From contig AP026173.1 of the NCBI GenBank assembly GCA_030295235.1, positions 62,001-126,000 of the forward strand: a stretch of 64,000 nucleotides of DNA, written 5' to 3'. The notes below the pieces were generated by a model that did not search any database, was not told the origin of the DNA, and saw nothing but the letters and a program-made list of their open reading frames with translations. Source of the DNA: Fistulifera solaris. Lineage: Eukaryota. Within the stretch, counting starts at the first letter, position 1. Each line of letters begins with the position of its first letter. The translations under genes and the position numbers were made by a program. Below are positions 34,130 through 45,744 of the stretch, one piece after another.

Positions 34130-35286
34130 CTATTTTTCATCCGTGGGCATACTATCGACACCAAATTGAAAGACCGGTCCCGTTTGATTGGATGATGGCG
34201 CACACGTAAAATCCAATTCATCCAAAGCATCCCAATTGTGATCCGCCCACGACAAGAATTTGGAAACTTGATTCTTGTGCAAGATTTGCATAAATTGTTC
34301 GGCCATTTCCGCGACACCATTGTTCCACAACCAATGATTGTCTCGCATGGCCTGCAAGGATTCCAGTACCGTTTGCAAGGCTTGATATTCTTCATGCCAT
34401 CCGGCCGCTTGGGCTTGGAGTGCTTCTTTTTGTTCATTCGACAATTGCAACAATTGTGACAATTCTTGCCATTCCTCATTGGTTTGAGTGGTCGCCACTT
34501 GATACAGAATATACTGTTCTTGCATCATTTCTTGTAACAATGATAAAAACTCCACTTGTTGTTGAACAATTTCGAGGGCCGCTTGGTGTCGTTGTGTTCC
34601 TGTGAGTTCGAGTTGTCCCCGTTCCATCGACAAGGCTTCCAAGAGCGCCACATCACTGTCGGGATGTCCCCACACGTGGGTTTGGAGTTTTTGTAAAATG
34701 CGTTCGAGTCCTTTGACTTCGGCTTCGTACGCATCCACTAAATTCTTTTGCGCAAACGCCGCAAGCGTGCCGAAGCGCGATTCCGAGCGAGTCGTTTTTG
34801 GCGTTTGATTTCTTCGTCGTGCGTGGGTGGCGCGTGTTCCGCCGCTGAAGGATAGAGTTCCGTCACGGACAAACTCCGTGGGGGAGGCATGCTAGTAGTC
34901 GACGTTGTGACCAGGGGCGTTGCGGTGGGATAAAGAGGAACGACGGAAGAGGATTGTGTCGCGAATTCTGGGCAGGAAGTCGCTGTGTTAATAGTCTGTT
35001 GCTGCTGTTGTTGCTGTGCTAATGCCGCCGCGGCTTCGGCGCCTCGCAAATAGGCTTCTTGTAAGGCTTTGACGTAATCTTCCGTCGAAGAAGGTAACAT
35101 TTGTGTTGTTTGTTGTTGTGTCGTTGTTGTAGTTGGTTCGGTTGTTGTATTTATTTCGGTAGTACTCATCATGGTATTACTATTATTCGTAGGAAAGACT
35201 GGCAACGGCGGTGTTCGCCATTGCCCGGCGAATGCGGCACGTTTTGCGACACTATTTTCCTTTTCCGTATTTTGTTGGGGTTCCAT
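34130..35286 (-). CDS. bZIP transcription factor; frameshift near 34747
   Basis: The basic region KRQKRLARNRASARLRRLRK continues, with one added A, as KNLVDAYEAEVKGLERILQKL (zipper) in ORF 34130..34738. Q/T-rich N-terminus. Confidence 0.85.
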
Positions 35287-35742
35287 TGCAAAGTATAATT
35301 GGGAGAGGAATCGAATAGCTAAAAATGATATGGTATTAGAGAGGATAGAATCTACGAAATGCGAAGAATGGAAACGACGCCGCATCGAAAGCGACGAAAC
35401 GGAATTGTTTTTTGTCGACGGAGTGCCAAAACGGACCAAAAGTCACCCCACACCCCACCAGGCTACCAGACTACTTTAGGCTTCACTGTATAAGTACCGG
35501 TTGTTGGAGCGGTATAAGAATTGCTATTTAAAATATAAGCAATTGACTGTTGAATCGCGATGTTGGAATCTGCATAATAAATAATGTTACAACGGAAATG
35601 TCTCTCCGTTGACGTGCCCGCGACGCCGCTTCTTTGCGCAAAGCGTGCGCAAAACGGACAAAAAAAAAGATCGGCATCAAATTTTCATGCTCGACTTATC
35701 CACAGAAAGAAATCTACTTCTTCCCATCATCCTTTTATTATC

Positions 35743-36165
35743 ATGGCTCGCATGAAAGTCACTCGTCGGAAAAGCACTCTTCGTAAGAAGTTGTCTCACA
35801 AACAAGTCGCACCGAAAGTCGCCACAAAAATCGTAGAGAAATCGCGCCCCGCCGCCGTTCCGCAACGCCGTCGTTACCGACCCGGATCGGTCGCGTTGCG
35901 AGAAATTCGTCGCTATCAGAAATCGACGAACCTTTTGTTGCCCAAAGTCCCCTTTCAACGTCTCGTCAAACACGTTGCCACGAACGTGTGTCAATTGGAT
36001 GTGCGGTTTCAAGGTTCCGCCGTACTCGCGTTGCAAGAAGCGTCAGAAGCGTATTTGGTGGGTCTGTTGGAAGATACGCACTTGTGTGCGCTGCACGCGA
36101 AGCGTGTCACCATCATGCCGCAAGATATGCACTTGGCGCGGCGGATTCGTGGGGAGCGCAATTAA
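35743..36165 (+). CDS. Divergent histone H3 variant (140 aa)
   Basis: [12 protein letters not shown] tail, [67 protein letters not shown]. Confidence 0.93.
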   Translation: MARMKVTRRKSTLRKKLSHKQVAPKVATKIVEKSRPAAVPQRRRYRPGSVALREIRRYQKSTNLLLPKVPFQRLVKHVATNVCQLDVRFQGSAVLALQEASEAYLVGLLEDTHLCALHAKRVTIMPQDMHLARRIRGERN

Positions 36166-36319
36166 AAAGAAGCCGTGTAGATGGATGCAACACTTCGTTG
36201 ACATGACAGCACCTTATTTAATTCACGTTCATCACTATTTATTCTTCTCTTCATTTGATATGTTATTAAATTATAGTACATTTACGATTATTATCATGTT
36301 CGTCAGCTAATCGTCATCT

Positions 36320-38049
36320 TCAAGAGGGTGGAGCGCAGGTATAACACTGAACTCCCGCCGTTCCGTCGACACCTTTCGGAAAGGACGCTCCGCGATAACC
36401 ATCCCAATCGGCTTTGAAGAAACCGGGAGGACAAAAGCCGCCCGTATTGTCCAATGTATCCATATTATCAAAATGAAGACGACATTGATTCCACGATGTA
36501 ATCGAATAACCCACCGCCAGGGCATGATTTTCCGCCGCCGCTTGACAACTGGCCTTGTTCAGGCTGGCGAAACAAAAATCGTATCCCTGCGGGGTCGCCG
36601 CGCCATCGACGCAATAGCCTTCCCGTGTCGTGACACGCGTACCGCAACTGCGCGGTTCCAAGGGTGGGATCAATCCGCTGCACGAATAACAAAACAGGTC
36701 GCCACCACTCGCTGGATCGATGCCTTTGGGTGGCCCCGTCGCGGTGCTGTCACTTTTGCCGGGAAAGAGACCCGGGGGACAAATCGAATTGACCGCCGTG
36801 CCACTGTCTTTGTTATCAAAGTAGATTTCGCAATAAGAACCGAGGGCACTGTATCCCCAACCGATCGGAATGGATGGAAGGCCCCGAACTTTGTAAGTGG
36901 TTTGTGCCGCCTTTAAACAATCCGCACGCTTCCAGTTGTTTCCGAAACAAAAGTCGTACTTTTGACCATCCGGACTGTCCAAACAAACTCCACTTTTTAA
37001 CGAAAGTCGGAATCGACAGTCCCCCGCCGGAGGAGTGGTGCGGGGTGTGCCACACGTGTTGCAGACCACATCATTGTTCTCTTTGCCTTGCAAGGCACCC
37101 GGATACCCCGTCCCTTTGTTGGTGCCCGTACAACCGCAACTCGTGAAACCTTTCGGACAAAAACTAGCGAGTTTGGTTCCGACGACCGTGCTATCAAAGT
37201 AGATTTCACAATATCCCCATGGTGTGTACGAATAACCGACCGCCTTGTCGGTTTCTTCCGCTCCCAAACGACAATATTCTTCACTGGGGACGTCACCGCG
37301 ACTGCAAAACGGATAATTGATGCCCTTGGCATCCAAACAAAATCCGGTCCAGTCGGGAAAAGTTGGTTTGTCACAATCCTGTACCGATGGCTGTCGACAC
37401 GAATAACACGGAATCTCGTTGCTGCCATCCTGGAGGGCGGGGTATCCGGTCCCTGCATGGCCACTGCTACCGGCTTTCATGCCCGGAGGACAAATCGCGG
37501 CAACGTTTGTTTTCGAATTGGTGTTGTCAAAATACACTTCACAGTATCCCCACGGTGTCAACGAAAATCCCATGGCCAGCTTGGTGGATTCGGCAAAATT
37601 CCGACACACGTCCATGTTGGTATTTTCGTAAAAACAAAAGTCGTATTTGTTTTCACTGGCATCCAAGCAATATCCAAACGAATCTTCTGACAGTGGATCG
37701 TCCAAACAATTTTGTAAAACGGGCAAGGGAGGCGGATTGGTCGTAGGAGGATCCGTGGGCGGTGAAATGCCTCCACCTCCTCCATTGGCGGGTGGTGTGG
37801 CACCCGAAAGGCTCAAGACAACTTGCGTGTGACGAGCAAACAGACCTTCTTTACTAGTAGAGGAGTCTTCGGTGTTATGAATTCGGATATTGTTGTTGAT
37901 TGTGTTGTCGCCTTGACTTTTCTGTAGGAGAAACCAACCTGAGAAATACAAAAGAATCTCGTTGTTGTGAGTGCTCATCTTTTCAAAACTACGAGCCATC
38001 GATGAACGAACGTACTGGATATTATGAATAGAATGAGGTGTCGTGGCAT
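36320..38049 (-). CDS. Secreted protein with four tandem ~110-aa 8-Cys repeats; exons 38049-38016 and 37938-36320
   Basis: The 77-bp intron gtacgt...tttctcag yields signal peptide MPRHLILFIISSWFLLQKSQG. Four repeats of G.C.D...Y.FC...C...A......G.S...C...FD...CP.G...G.P...C..C. Confidence 0.82.
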
Positions 38050-38714
38050 CGTCTTAGCAGTTTGATGAGCTTATAAACAAAGATAGAATCACGGAAAGAT
38101 CAACAGATTAATGATTATTGATTGTTTATTTTGTTTTGTTTGTTGGGTTGCTGTGTGTTTTGCGTTTTGTCGAACGTCGTGTCCGTTGAGGTGGAGAGTG
38201 GAGAGAGCGTCGAAAAGTCACTTCGTCCGGTTTGTGAAAAGTGATATACAACAGATGAGTACGAAAATAGGCCCTATTGTTGCGCAAGCACATTCACTGT
38301 AAACCTTTTGTACATAAAGTGTTTTTCCGTCGTCATTCGTATTCGTGTTCGGTCATTCCTTAGTAATACTTACTCCATACATTCAGTATAAGGTCATTTC
38401 TTAAACTCCGTTTCGGATTTCCGGAGAATAAAAAAGCAATCCATTCTCCATTCCATCGCCACTCCTCACTTTTGCCGTCACCATGACCATGATGGCAGGA
38501 TGTTTCATTCGTCGCCTTCTAAGGACAGTGGACGGAGCTTACCCACAGAGCTGGCGATGTTGGTCGAACGCAAAACAATTGGTTTTGAATTGAGTCAAGG
38601 TGATGAAAAATAATAAGGATGTTCTGCGTTCGACCAACGACGCAAGAAAGGAAGAATCATTACATAACAAAAACTTTTACATTAAGAAAAAACAATTTTT
38701 ATACAAAGAACATT

Positions 38715-40493
38715 TTACTGCACAACATCAGACATGGTAACCGAAGACGGTGATCGGATTTGTGATATATACTGAGAGGGGTCGTCCTCTATGTTTCGCT
38801 TTACAAACATGCCCAGTAAATTGGCGTCGTTTTCTTTCATCTTTTTCTGGCGCATTTGCTTCTTTTCGATCAAAGATGGACCACATCTTAGTAAATCGGT
38901 AATGTTTTCGCTCAAAGAGTCGATGACGGCCCATTTCTGGAGAATCCTTTTGGCTTTTCTGTGTGTTTTCGGTTTAGGAATCAATGGAGGAGTCGTTCCG
39001 GCGAGTATTTCGTCACTCTGTTCAATAGGCACAAATTGACGTGTCGATTGCGTCGGTAAAGGCGTGTCTTCCACACTATTATCTGCCGGATAAGAGTCCA
39101 GGACTATTGTGTTTGCCTCGTTGTTGTCGCGGACCCCTTTCAAGGTCTGCTCCAAGTTGAGATGTGAATCCCAACAATTAAAGAGTTGAGCAAGTCCGTT
39201 GGGCGAATCAGATGGAGGCGATGAGACCACAACGTCAGCATCTTCCTCAAAGATCATTTCAATTTCTTGATCATTTGGGTCGTAAAATTCAACATTAGTA
39301 TCGTCATCCGAAATGATTACTAGATCCGGATCGGGTGCGTCCTCCTCAATTAACATGGGCTTGGGCAGCAGCAAAGTGTTTCGGTACATCAGGTATTCCG
39401 ACTCGCTCGTCGGCGAGTAGCATAACGTATCATCTTCTTCCACAAGTGTTGGAATAATTGTAACTGGCGCTGCAACAACTGAGTCTGACTTTGGTGTCGC
39501 GCTTTGAGAGCCCTTGGCACCGTCACGATCTACGGTATTCATGACGTCAATAATACCGAAAGGATCCCATGGAGACAACGGGCGAATTGTTGGAAAGGAC
39601 TCTTTCATAGACGTCAATCCCTTGGTTGCTGCTGTATATTCCACTGCCTGGTCATTTGATATAACGGCCGTTTCATGATCGCCGCCATCTCGTTTCGTAT
39701 CATCATTCCCGCGATGATATCCATCATGAAGAATCATTTGTGATTGCAGGGCCAATCTTCGCCACCATGATCGTTTCTGATAGAGATGTCTGTTTTTCTT
39801 GTCGCGTCGTTCTCGCCAACTTTTCAGAAATTGGATTCGACCGAACCGTACTTTGGCAGACTGACCATCCTTTTGTGTTTTTCGTATGGCGGCATGCGCA
39901 TCAACAATTTCCTTTTGTGTCGGAGAAAGGTTCGTGGACAAGGAAAGTGGCCGAGACACTTCATTCAATGTAGGACGAGAGAACTCCTCGCAAGCGATTT
40001 CTACACGGAGCATGGCGCCTCCCTTCCTGTCGATCGAGAAGGTGGGCTGGTCGTGTCGAGATGTTCGAACGGGGCTCAACGCAAGATCCATTGTTTTCTT
40101 GGTGACAGACGGGCTCCATCGGCAGCTTCCCATCCATTCGGGTTGCCTGATCGGATCATAACCTTCTATCAGAAAGACATGCAGTTCGATGACACCACAA
40201 ACATTGGCGTCTACGAAACAGCTATTATCCTGGGATTCCGGCCAAACGGCAACATGCCTACGCCGTGCTCGACCGTTTCTACCCCATCGTTTCTCAGAAG
40301 CAGCTAGTTTCAAAGGGTTTGATGGCGATGAGATCCACTGTAACTCAACATTCTGTTTGCAGCTGATACATAGGTAAACGCGGACGTCGTCTCCCTTGCT
40401 TTTCGTCGTATCCACTAGCAGTCCAGCAATCGCCTTTACTGTTAATTGAATACGTTTGTCGTTTGCTGGAAGATGCCGACGCCGAAACATCAT
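38715..40493 (-). CDS. Divergent C2-like N-domain family, member A
   Basis: KAIAGLLVDT...RHVAVW...ID..GGAMLRV followed by a long low-complexity region. Confidence 0.8.
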   Translation of the reverse strand: MMFRRRHLPANDKRIQLTVKAIAGLLVDTTKSKGDDVRVYLCISCKQNVELQWISSPSNPLKLAASEKRWGRNGRARRRHVAVWPESQDNSCFVDANVCGVIELHVFLIEGYDPIRQPEWMGSCRWSPSVTKKTMDLALSPVRTSRHDQPTFSIDRKGGAMLRVEIACEEFSRPTLNEVSRPLSLSTNLSPTQKEIVDAHAAIRKTQKDGQSAKVRFGRIQFLKSWRERRDKKNRHLYQKRSWWRRLALQSQMILHDGYHRGNDDTKRDGGDHETAVISNDQAVEYTAATKGLTSMKESFPTIRPLSPWDPFGIIDVMNTVDRDGAKGSQSATPKSDSVVAAPVTIIPTLVEEDDTLCYSPTSESEYLMYRNTLLLPKPMLIEEDAPDPDLVIISDDDTNVEFYDPNDQEIEMIFEEDADVVVSSPPSDSPNGLAQLFNCWDSHLNLEQTLKGVRDNNEANTIVLDSYPADNSVEDTPLPTQSTRQFVPIEQSDEILAGTTPPLIPKPKTHRKAKRILQKWAVIDSLSENITDLLRCGPSLIEKKQMRQKKMKENDANLLGMFVKRNIEDDPSQYISQIRSPSSVTMSDVVQ

Positions 40494-41071
40494 GATCGAA
40501 AGTGTGTGGCTCGGTGAATTCTTTGTCGGACGAAGGAGTTTGAATTTTTTAGTTTCTTTTCAATAACGCCCACCGCCATCGACTCCGCTGACGATGACAC
40601 ACTCACAATAAGGCCCTAACGTGCCTCAAGCTACATAAACAACCATAGTCGGGATAACGATGCCGGATGAAGGACGGAACGAGCTCAAACTTCAAGCTCA
40701 ATGCATGACGTGTCAAGGTGGAGACACTTTAAATCTGAAGGTAGCTTGCTAAATAACCATGTTCATACCATTAAGTACACTTGCCAGACGAGCATTTGTG
40801 TAGCAGCAACGAAACACAAAATTTCCGTTGTACGCAGGCCGACACTTTTGAAAATCAAATTTTGGCATAAAATCGTCCAGTGGCCGACTCGACGCGTTCA
40901 ACGGAGAAGTAAATAGAGACATCACAATATTCATTGGCTCTGCTGGATCTCCCGCCACAAGGAAGCGTTGCTTGCCTTACACAAAAGAGAAGGATCCACC
41001 AAAGCGTGCATCTTTATGGGTCTTTGGTGTCACGACAAAGACACAAAGCTTTTCAACAAAGAACAATCCGT

Positions 41072-43669
41072 ATGCCTTCGACCATGAGGCCACGACTTCT
41101 GACACTGAATGTGCAGGCCGTTGCGGGCATCTTGGTAGATACTTCCCGTGCCGATGAGGACACTGCTGCTCGAGTGTTTGTGCGAGTAATCCATCCGAGC
41201 GGTAACATTTGCGCCGCTTCGTCCCTATCGAATCCTTTGAAAATAAGCCCCACAGAAAAGGGATCTACCGTTTTTCAAAGACACGTAGCTATCTGGCCCA
41301 ATTGCGAAGACCCGTGTGTTTTTGAAGCGAATGGTGGAGAAAGATTTCAGTTCCAAGTGTGCCTCAACATTCCGGACAGAGGAAACTTTCCAATCGGGTC
41401 AGGGAATTGGGAAGTATCTAGAAGAGGTGACTATGACGTTTCTGTGAGATGCTTCCTTGCGGCAGACAAGAGAAGGTCAATAGCCTATTGTATCGACTCG
41501 TCAGGGGGCGCAATGCTTCGTGTCATGGCTACCTGGGAAGGAGATGACATAGTTGAGGATAACATTCCGAGCGAAATATACACAAAGCCGAGGATTGCAC
41601 CCAAGTCTTTTGCGTTAAACGCTCTTAAATTCCAACATCGATCCCATTATGCCTCTGTCGATGACGAAGGCGCTTTTGCGTCTGATTTTATCACAAATCC
41701 GAAAGAAATTCGCGGTGAGAGCAACTCTAGACCAAAATCACGTCTTCGCCGGTTATTTCAAAGATCCAATGCATCAGATAACAAAGCTAGAGTTGGTGAT
41801 GGCGTGCAAATTGAAGCTGCCAGTGCCAGGGTCCCGTTCTGGTCATCTCCAAAGCCTGTCAAACGTACTGATCCTCCGCGGAGGTCATCGCCGCCCAAGG
41901 CATCTGCTCGACATAGCCCTCAGCCATCCCCGAATGACGTACGCTTCCAATTTGTTATGCGCGACAATGTTGGTGAGAGTCCGCTTGGTTCCAATGGGGT
42001 GCGTAGCGTCAACCATGAAAGTCCGACGCACGAAATCAAAGATGTCGCCAGGGACCTTTTCCATCGGAAAGTGGCTCGTTCGATTTACAAGGCCGGTCTT
42101 TTCATGAAGAAAATGACCTACAGCCAACATTGCTTCATCCGGGAAAAGGCACTATCATCCCACGACAATTCAGCGAAGATTCATCTTTCTCGGACGTATA
42201 CGAAAGGCCTCTTGTTAAAATGCAACTACATCCACGTTCTAACTCGCCGCGAGTGACAACTATATCTCCCACGCAGGGGAGGTTTCACCATTCGGAAAAA
42301 GCTTTATCTTATCGCAGACAATCGCCAACCGCCGTCTGGGACTCTTTATCAAGTAGGACGCCTTCTCCAGTGGAGACATCTACCTCACAAGCAACAGAAT
42401 TCAGCATCGTCAACCCGCTTCAATCGATTCCTCGTTCTTCAACACAATCCAGATATACGGAACTACAGCACCGGGTAATACCCATAAGCTCGCTGGGCAA
42501 AATGAAACACAGTTTGCATCGACATCGTCAGGAAGTGAACTCCATACAAAGCTTTGACTGCGGCAAAACAAGTATCGCTCAAAGTCGATTCGGTGATCAC
42601 ATTGAACAATCAGTTTCAAACCAAACATATTCGAGTGACACTCAACAATGGAGATTGGAGGAATTCAAGGACGGAAGGAGACTCCACCGTGAAATGAGCG
42701 TGCCGACGGCTCATTCAATTGCAGCGAATGGAATTTCGACTTTGGAAACAAGAAATAGGAGCACCCGGTCCCACTGTCGTGAGGACAGAGTTCCTTTCAC
42801 GTTCTCGAAAGGTCACGAAAGTGTGAGCACGACGGACAACAGGACCCGAAGCACGTCGGACACTGATGTTTCTGGAGCAAACGAACATGCCGCATCCGAG
42901 CCACCGCCGGACTTTTTTACTCTGCCAAGGCGATGGCTCGTATTTTTGCAAGCTGGATGAAGATGCGGTACTACGACGACGGCGTCAATGGAGAGAGAAG
43001 ATGGGTGCTGTCGCACAAAACGGCCCCCATGACATTGGCAAAAGGCCTGACCTGAATTTTCCGTCGTACGATGAGGCGAAACTCTTTGCCAGTGAGCCTC
43101 TCAAGAATTCAAGGTTGAGACACAATGACATTAATTGTCAATCGACTTTCCAGCATCTTCGTTCCATTAAAGAAGATGCTCCGATGCAACTTTGCTCTGT
43201 AGAAATAGACGAGCACGTAAGGAGTGGTTCTGCAAGGGATAACGAAAAGAAAATGGGGCTTCCGATATCGTCAACTTTGGAAGGCTGGTCACCAAAGAAT
43301 CTACTCGGAGAAAACACCAAGACCCTTGGTCAGAGTATCGTGGCCTTGGTGGAGCCTTTTGCATCTTGTGCCACTGTGAGACCACCCGACCATCCTGTAG
43401 CCGTAGCTTCAAAAGTTCCCAGCACCATTAACGGAGAGGAAGCGAGTGTTGGCGAACTGACTGCCACTACTTACGAGCGTCATATTGATCGATTACGGCG
43501 CCAATCCACTATGAACCTGCAAGAAGCGTTACGCTCGGGGCAACAGAATGCTTTGAAGTTCTTTGGCTTTCATGACGATGTCCCAGATAATCGAGACAGT
43601 TTAGGCCGAACGTGTTCCGTGAGCACAAAAAAAGAGGACTACTTTTCTGAGTACAAGGGATTGAAATGA
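41072..43669 (+). CDS. Divergent C2-like N-domain family, member B; probably one gene across two frameshifts (~42140, ~42920)
   Basis: QAVAGILVDT...RHVAIW...IDSSGGAMLRV; overlapping ORFs 40934..42256, 42130..42960 and 42866..43669. Confidence 0.7.
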
Positions 43670-44506
43670 CTATGCACTTATACTCCGAATGGGCAATGCT
43701 GTCACCTTCGCGAAGCCAGGAGTTTGAACTAGTCTTGCATCTTTCATAACATTCAACCGAAACTAGCAAGTATTTCTCCTGTCCGTGTTCACAATGTTGT
43801 TTTACAGATGTACGTCATCTATCAAAGTGTCTCGACTCCTTAAAAGCTCTATAAAAGTCCCATTGTACGATAGAATCTATATGTTGTAGTCACGATAGAA
43901 AGCCTTTGCTCAAGACACCTCGACCTAGTGATATGAAATAATCTCGACTTTGGTACTTTCTTGTGGGTGAAGAAGCATTTCGTCGACCTAAGACTCGAGT
44001 TCTTTTCAAAGTTAAAGGATAATGAAATTTAGTTTCAGAGCCAATTTTCATTTCATTTCGATCAGTAAGGGCTTACAAACCATCTTCGTTTCCCGTGGGA
44101 ACATTACTTAGTGTTCGTAGCCTAACTTTTGCCCCGACTGAATTGCAGTCACGAGTGCATTTTGATTAACTGAATTATATTCACTGATTTCTGAGCTAGC
44201 GTTGACTACGAGATACTCCGTATAAGATAAGAGTATATATGCGATAATAATGGATGTTTGTAGAGTACTAGAGCTTTGTGCTTTACGCCGAAACGCTGCT
44301 CGAAAAATGGGTCAGGAGTCGACTATAGTCTCGTAGTGTAGGTGACTTTTGCCCCGACTGAACTTCAGTCACCAGTGCGTCACTTTTCCAAAACGGAAAA
44401 AAAAGACGAAAAACAGTTCATTGCCATGCATCCATCATGACAAAATAATGTTTCCATCTTTATCAATAGCGGTTCACTTACTCTTGAAAAGCCAACGACC
44501 AACAAG

Positions 44507-45367
44507 ATGCCCACGATTATAGGAAAGTCGCATCGCGTCGTCGACGTGGAAGGTGTTCTTTCGATTGACGAATATGTGGGAAATGTCGCCAGTCAATCGG
44601 ATGATATTTCCATTGCCGTCGTCCAAGTCCAACAACCATCCTCCGAGCCGTGGTTGACTTTGCAATACGATGAATGGATGGTAGTACTGAAAGAGCATTT
44701 GGAAATTCGTTATGAAGGGGTCGACAATGAAATCCAAATCCTGACCGTCCGGCAGGGCGAAACTGTCTTTATTCCAATAGGCGAGCGCTTTCGGCCCGTC
44801 TTTCCTCAAGCAGGAGCCACATACGTACCGGTCTGTATTCCGGCCTTTCGACCCGATCGTTGTTTTCGAGAAGAAGAGGGTGCATCCGATATTGCCACAA
44901 AGCTAGCGGAACTTCATGCGCAGACAGAATGCACAGTTTCGTCGACCAGCCCAACGACAGTGTATCACATGTGTCCAAAGGCTTTATGGGATAAAGCAGT
45001 ATCTTCTGGAAAGGCCTACTTTCCACCAACCTTTGCAGAGGATGGGTATTTTACGCACGCAACGGCCCTTCCCGAACGACTTTTACCAACGGCGAATCAT
45101 TTTTACACCGCGACGGAAGGAGAATGGATTTGTTTGGAATTATCTACGACAGCGCTCTTGGATGCCGGTATTGTGACAAAGATGGAAGAACCTAAACCGG
45201 TAGGAGCGCAGTCGGTGAGTGAGAATTGGGAGACAAATGAATGGGCCTGCCCTCACATTTATGGTGGCATCCCAACTAGAGCAACTGGTGTTGTTCTTCA
45301 GACCTACACAATGGAGCGAGACGAAAAAGGTACCTTTCTATCCATTTCGGGGCTCACAGATAGATAG
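44507..45367 (+). CDS. Cupin (EutQ-like) plus DUF952 fusion protein
   Basis: N-half: IDEYVGNV...SEPW...YDEWMVVLK...YVPVCIPAFRPD. C-half: VYHM...W...Y.PPTF..DG.FTHAT...ANHFY...PHIYG, typical of DUF952. Confidence 0.8.
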   Translation: MPTIIGKSHRVVDVEGVLSIDEYVGNVASQSDDISIAVVQVQQPSSEPWLTLQYDEWMVVLKEHLEIRYEGVDNEIQILTVRQGETVFIPIGERFRPVFPQAGATYVPVCIPAFRPDRCFREEEGASDIATKLAELHAQTECTVSSTSPTTVYHMCPKALWDKAVSSGKAYFPPTFAEDGYFTHATALPERLLPTANHFYTATEGEWICLELSTTALLDAGIVTKMEEPKPVGAQSVSENWETNEWACPHIYGGIPTRATGVVLQTYTMERDEKGTFLSISGLTDR

Positions 45368-45744
45368 AAGCAAATGAGACTTCATTCTAAAAGAGCAATA
45401 GCCAGCATAGTTTTCGCTCTGGTTTTCGTCTGCTCGTCGTCATGCGTGCATCTGTACTCTTTCACTATCAAAATCTGTTTCATTTCCGTTTACCTATTTC
45501 TTAGAACGGTCGCCAAAAACGTTGAAAAAGTACTTACTGCATTATACCCTAATTGGAAAATTCCGCGACTGCATGACTAAGGCGACTTTGCGCGCGAGGC
45601 GTCGCAACGCCAATGAGAAAAGCGCGCAATTTTTGAAAATAAGACACACCATCGAAAGTGCCGATCCGACCTCTCTCAAGGACGTCGACAACCTTGTTTC
45701 TCTTGTCAATCGAAAGAAAGGCAGATTATAACAATATTAATAGA

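Noticed and set aside
35743..36165. Calling the H3 variant CenH3
   Set aside because: It retains Q68, F84, T107 and a partly canonical K4/K9 tail; the evidence is insufficient.
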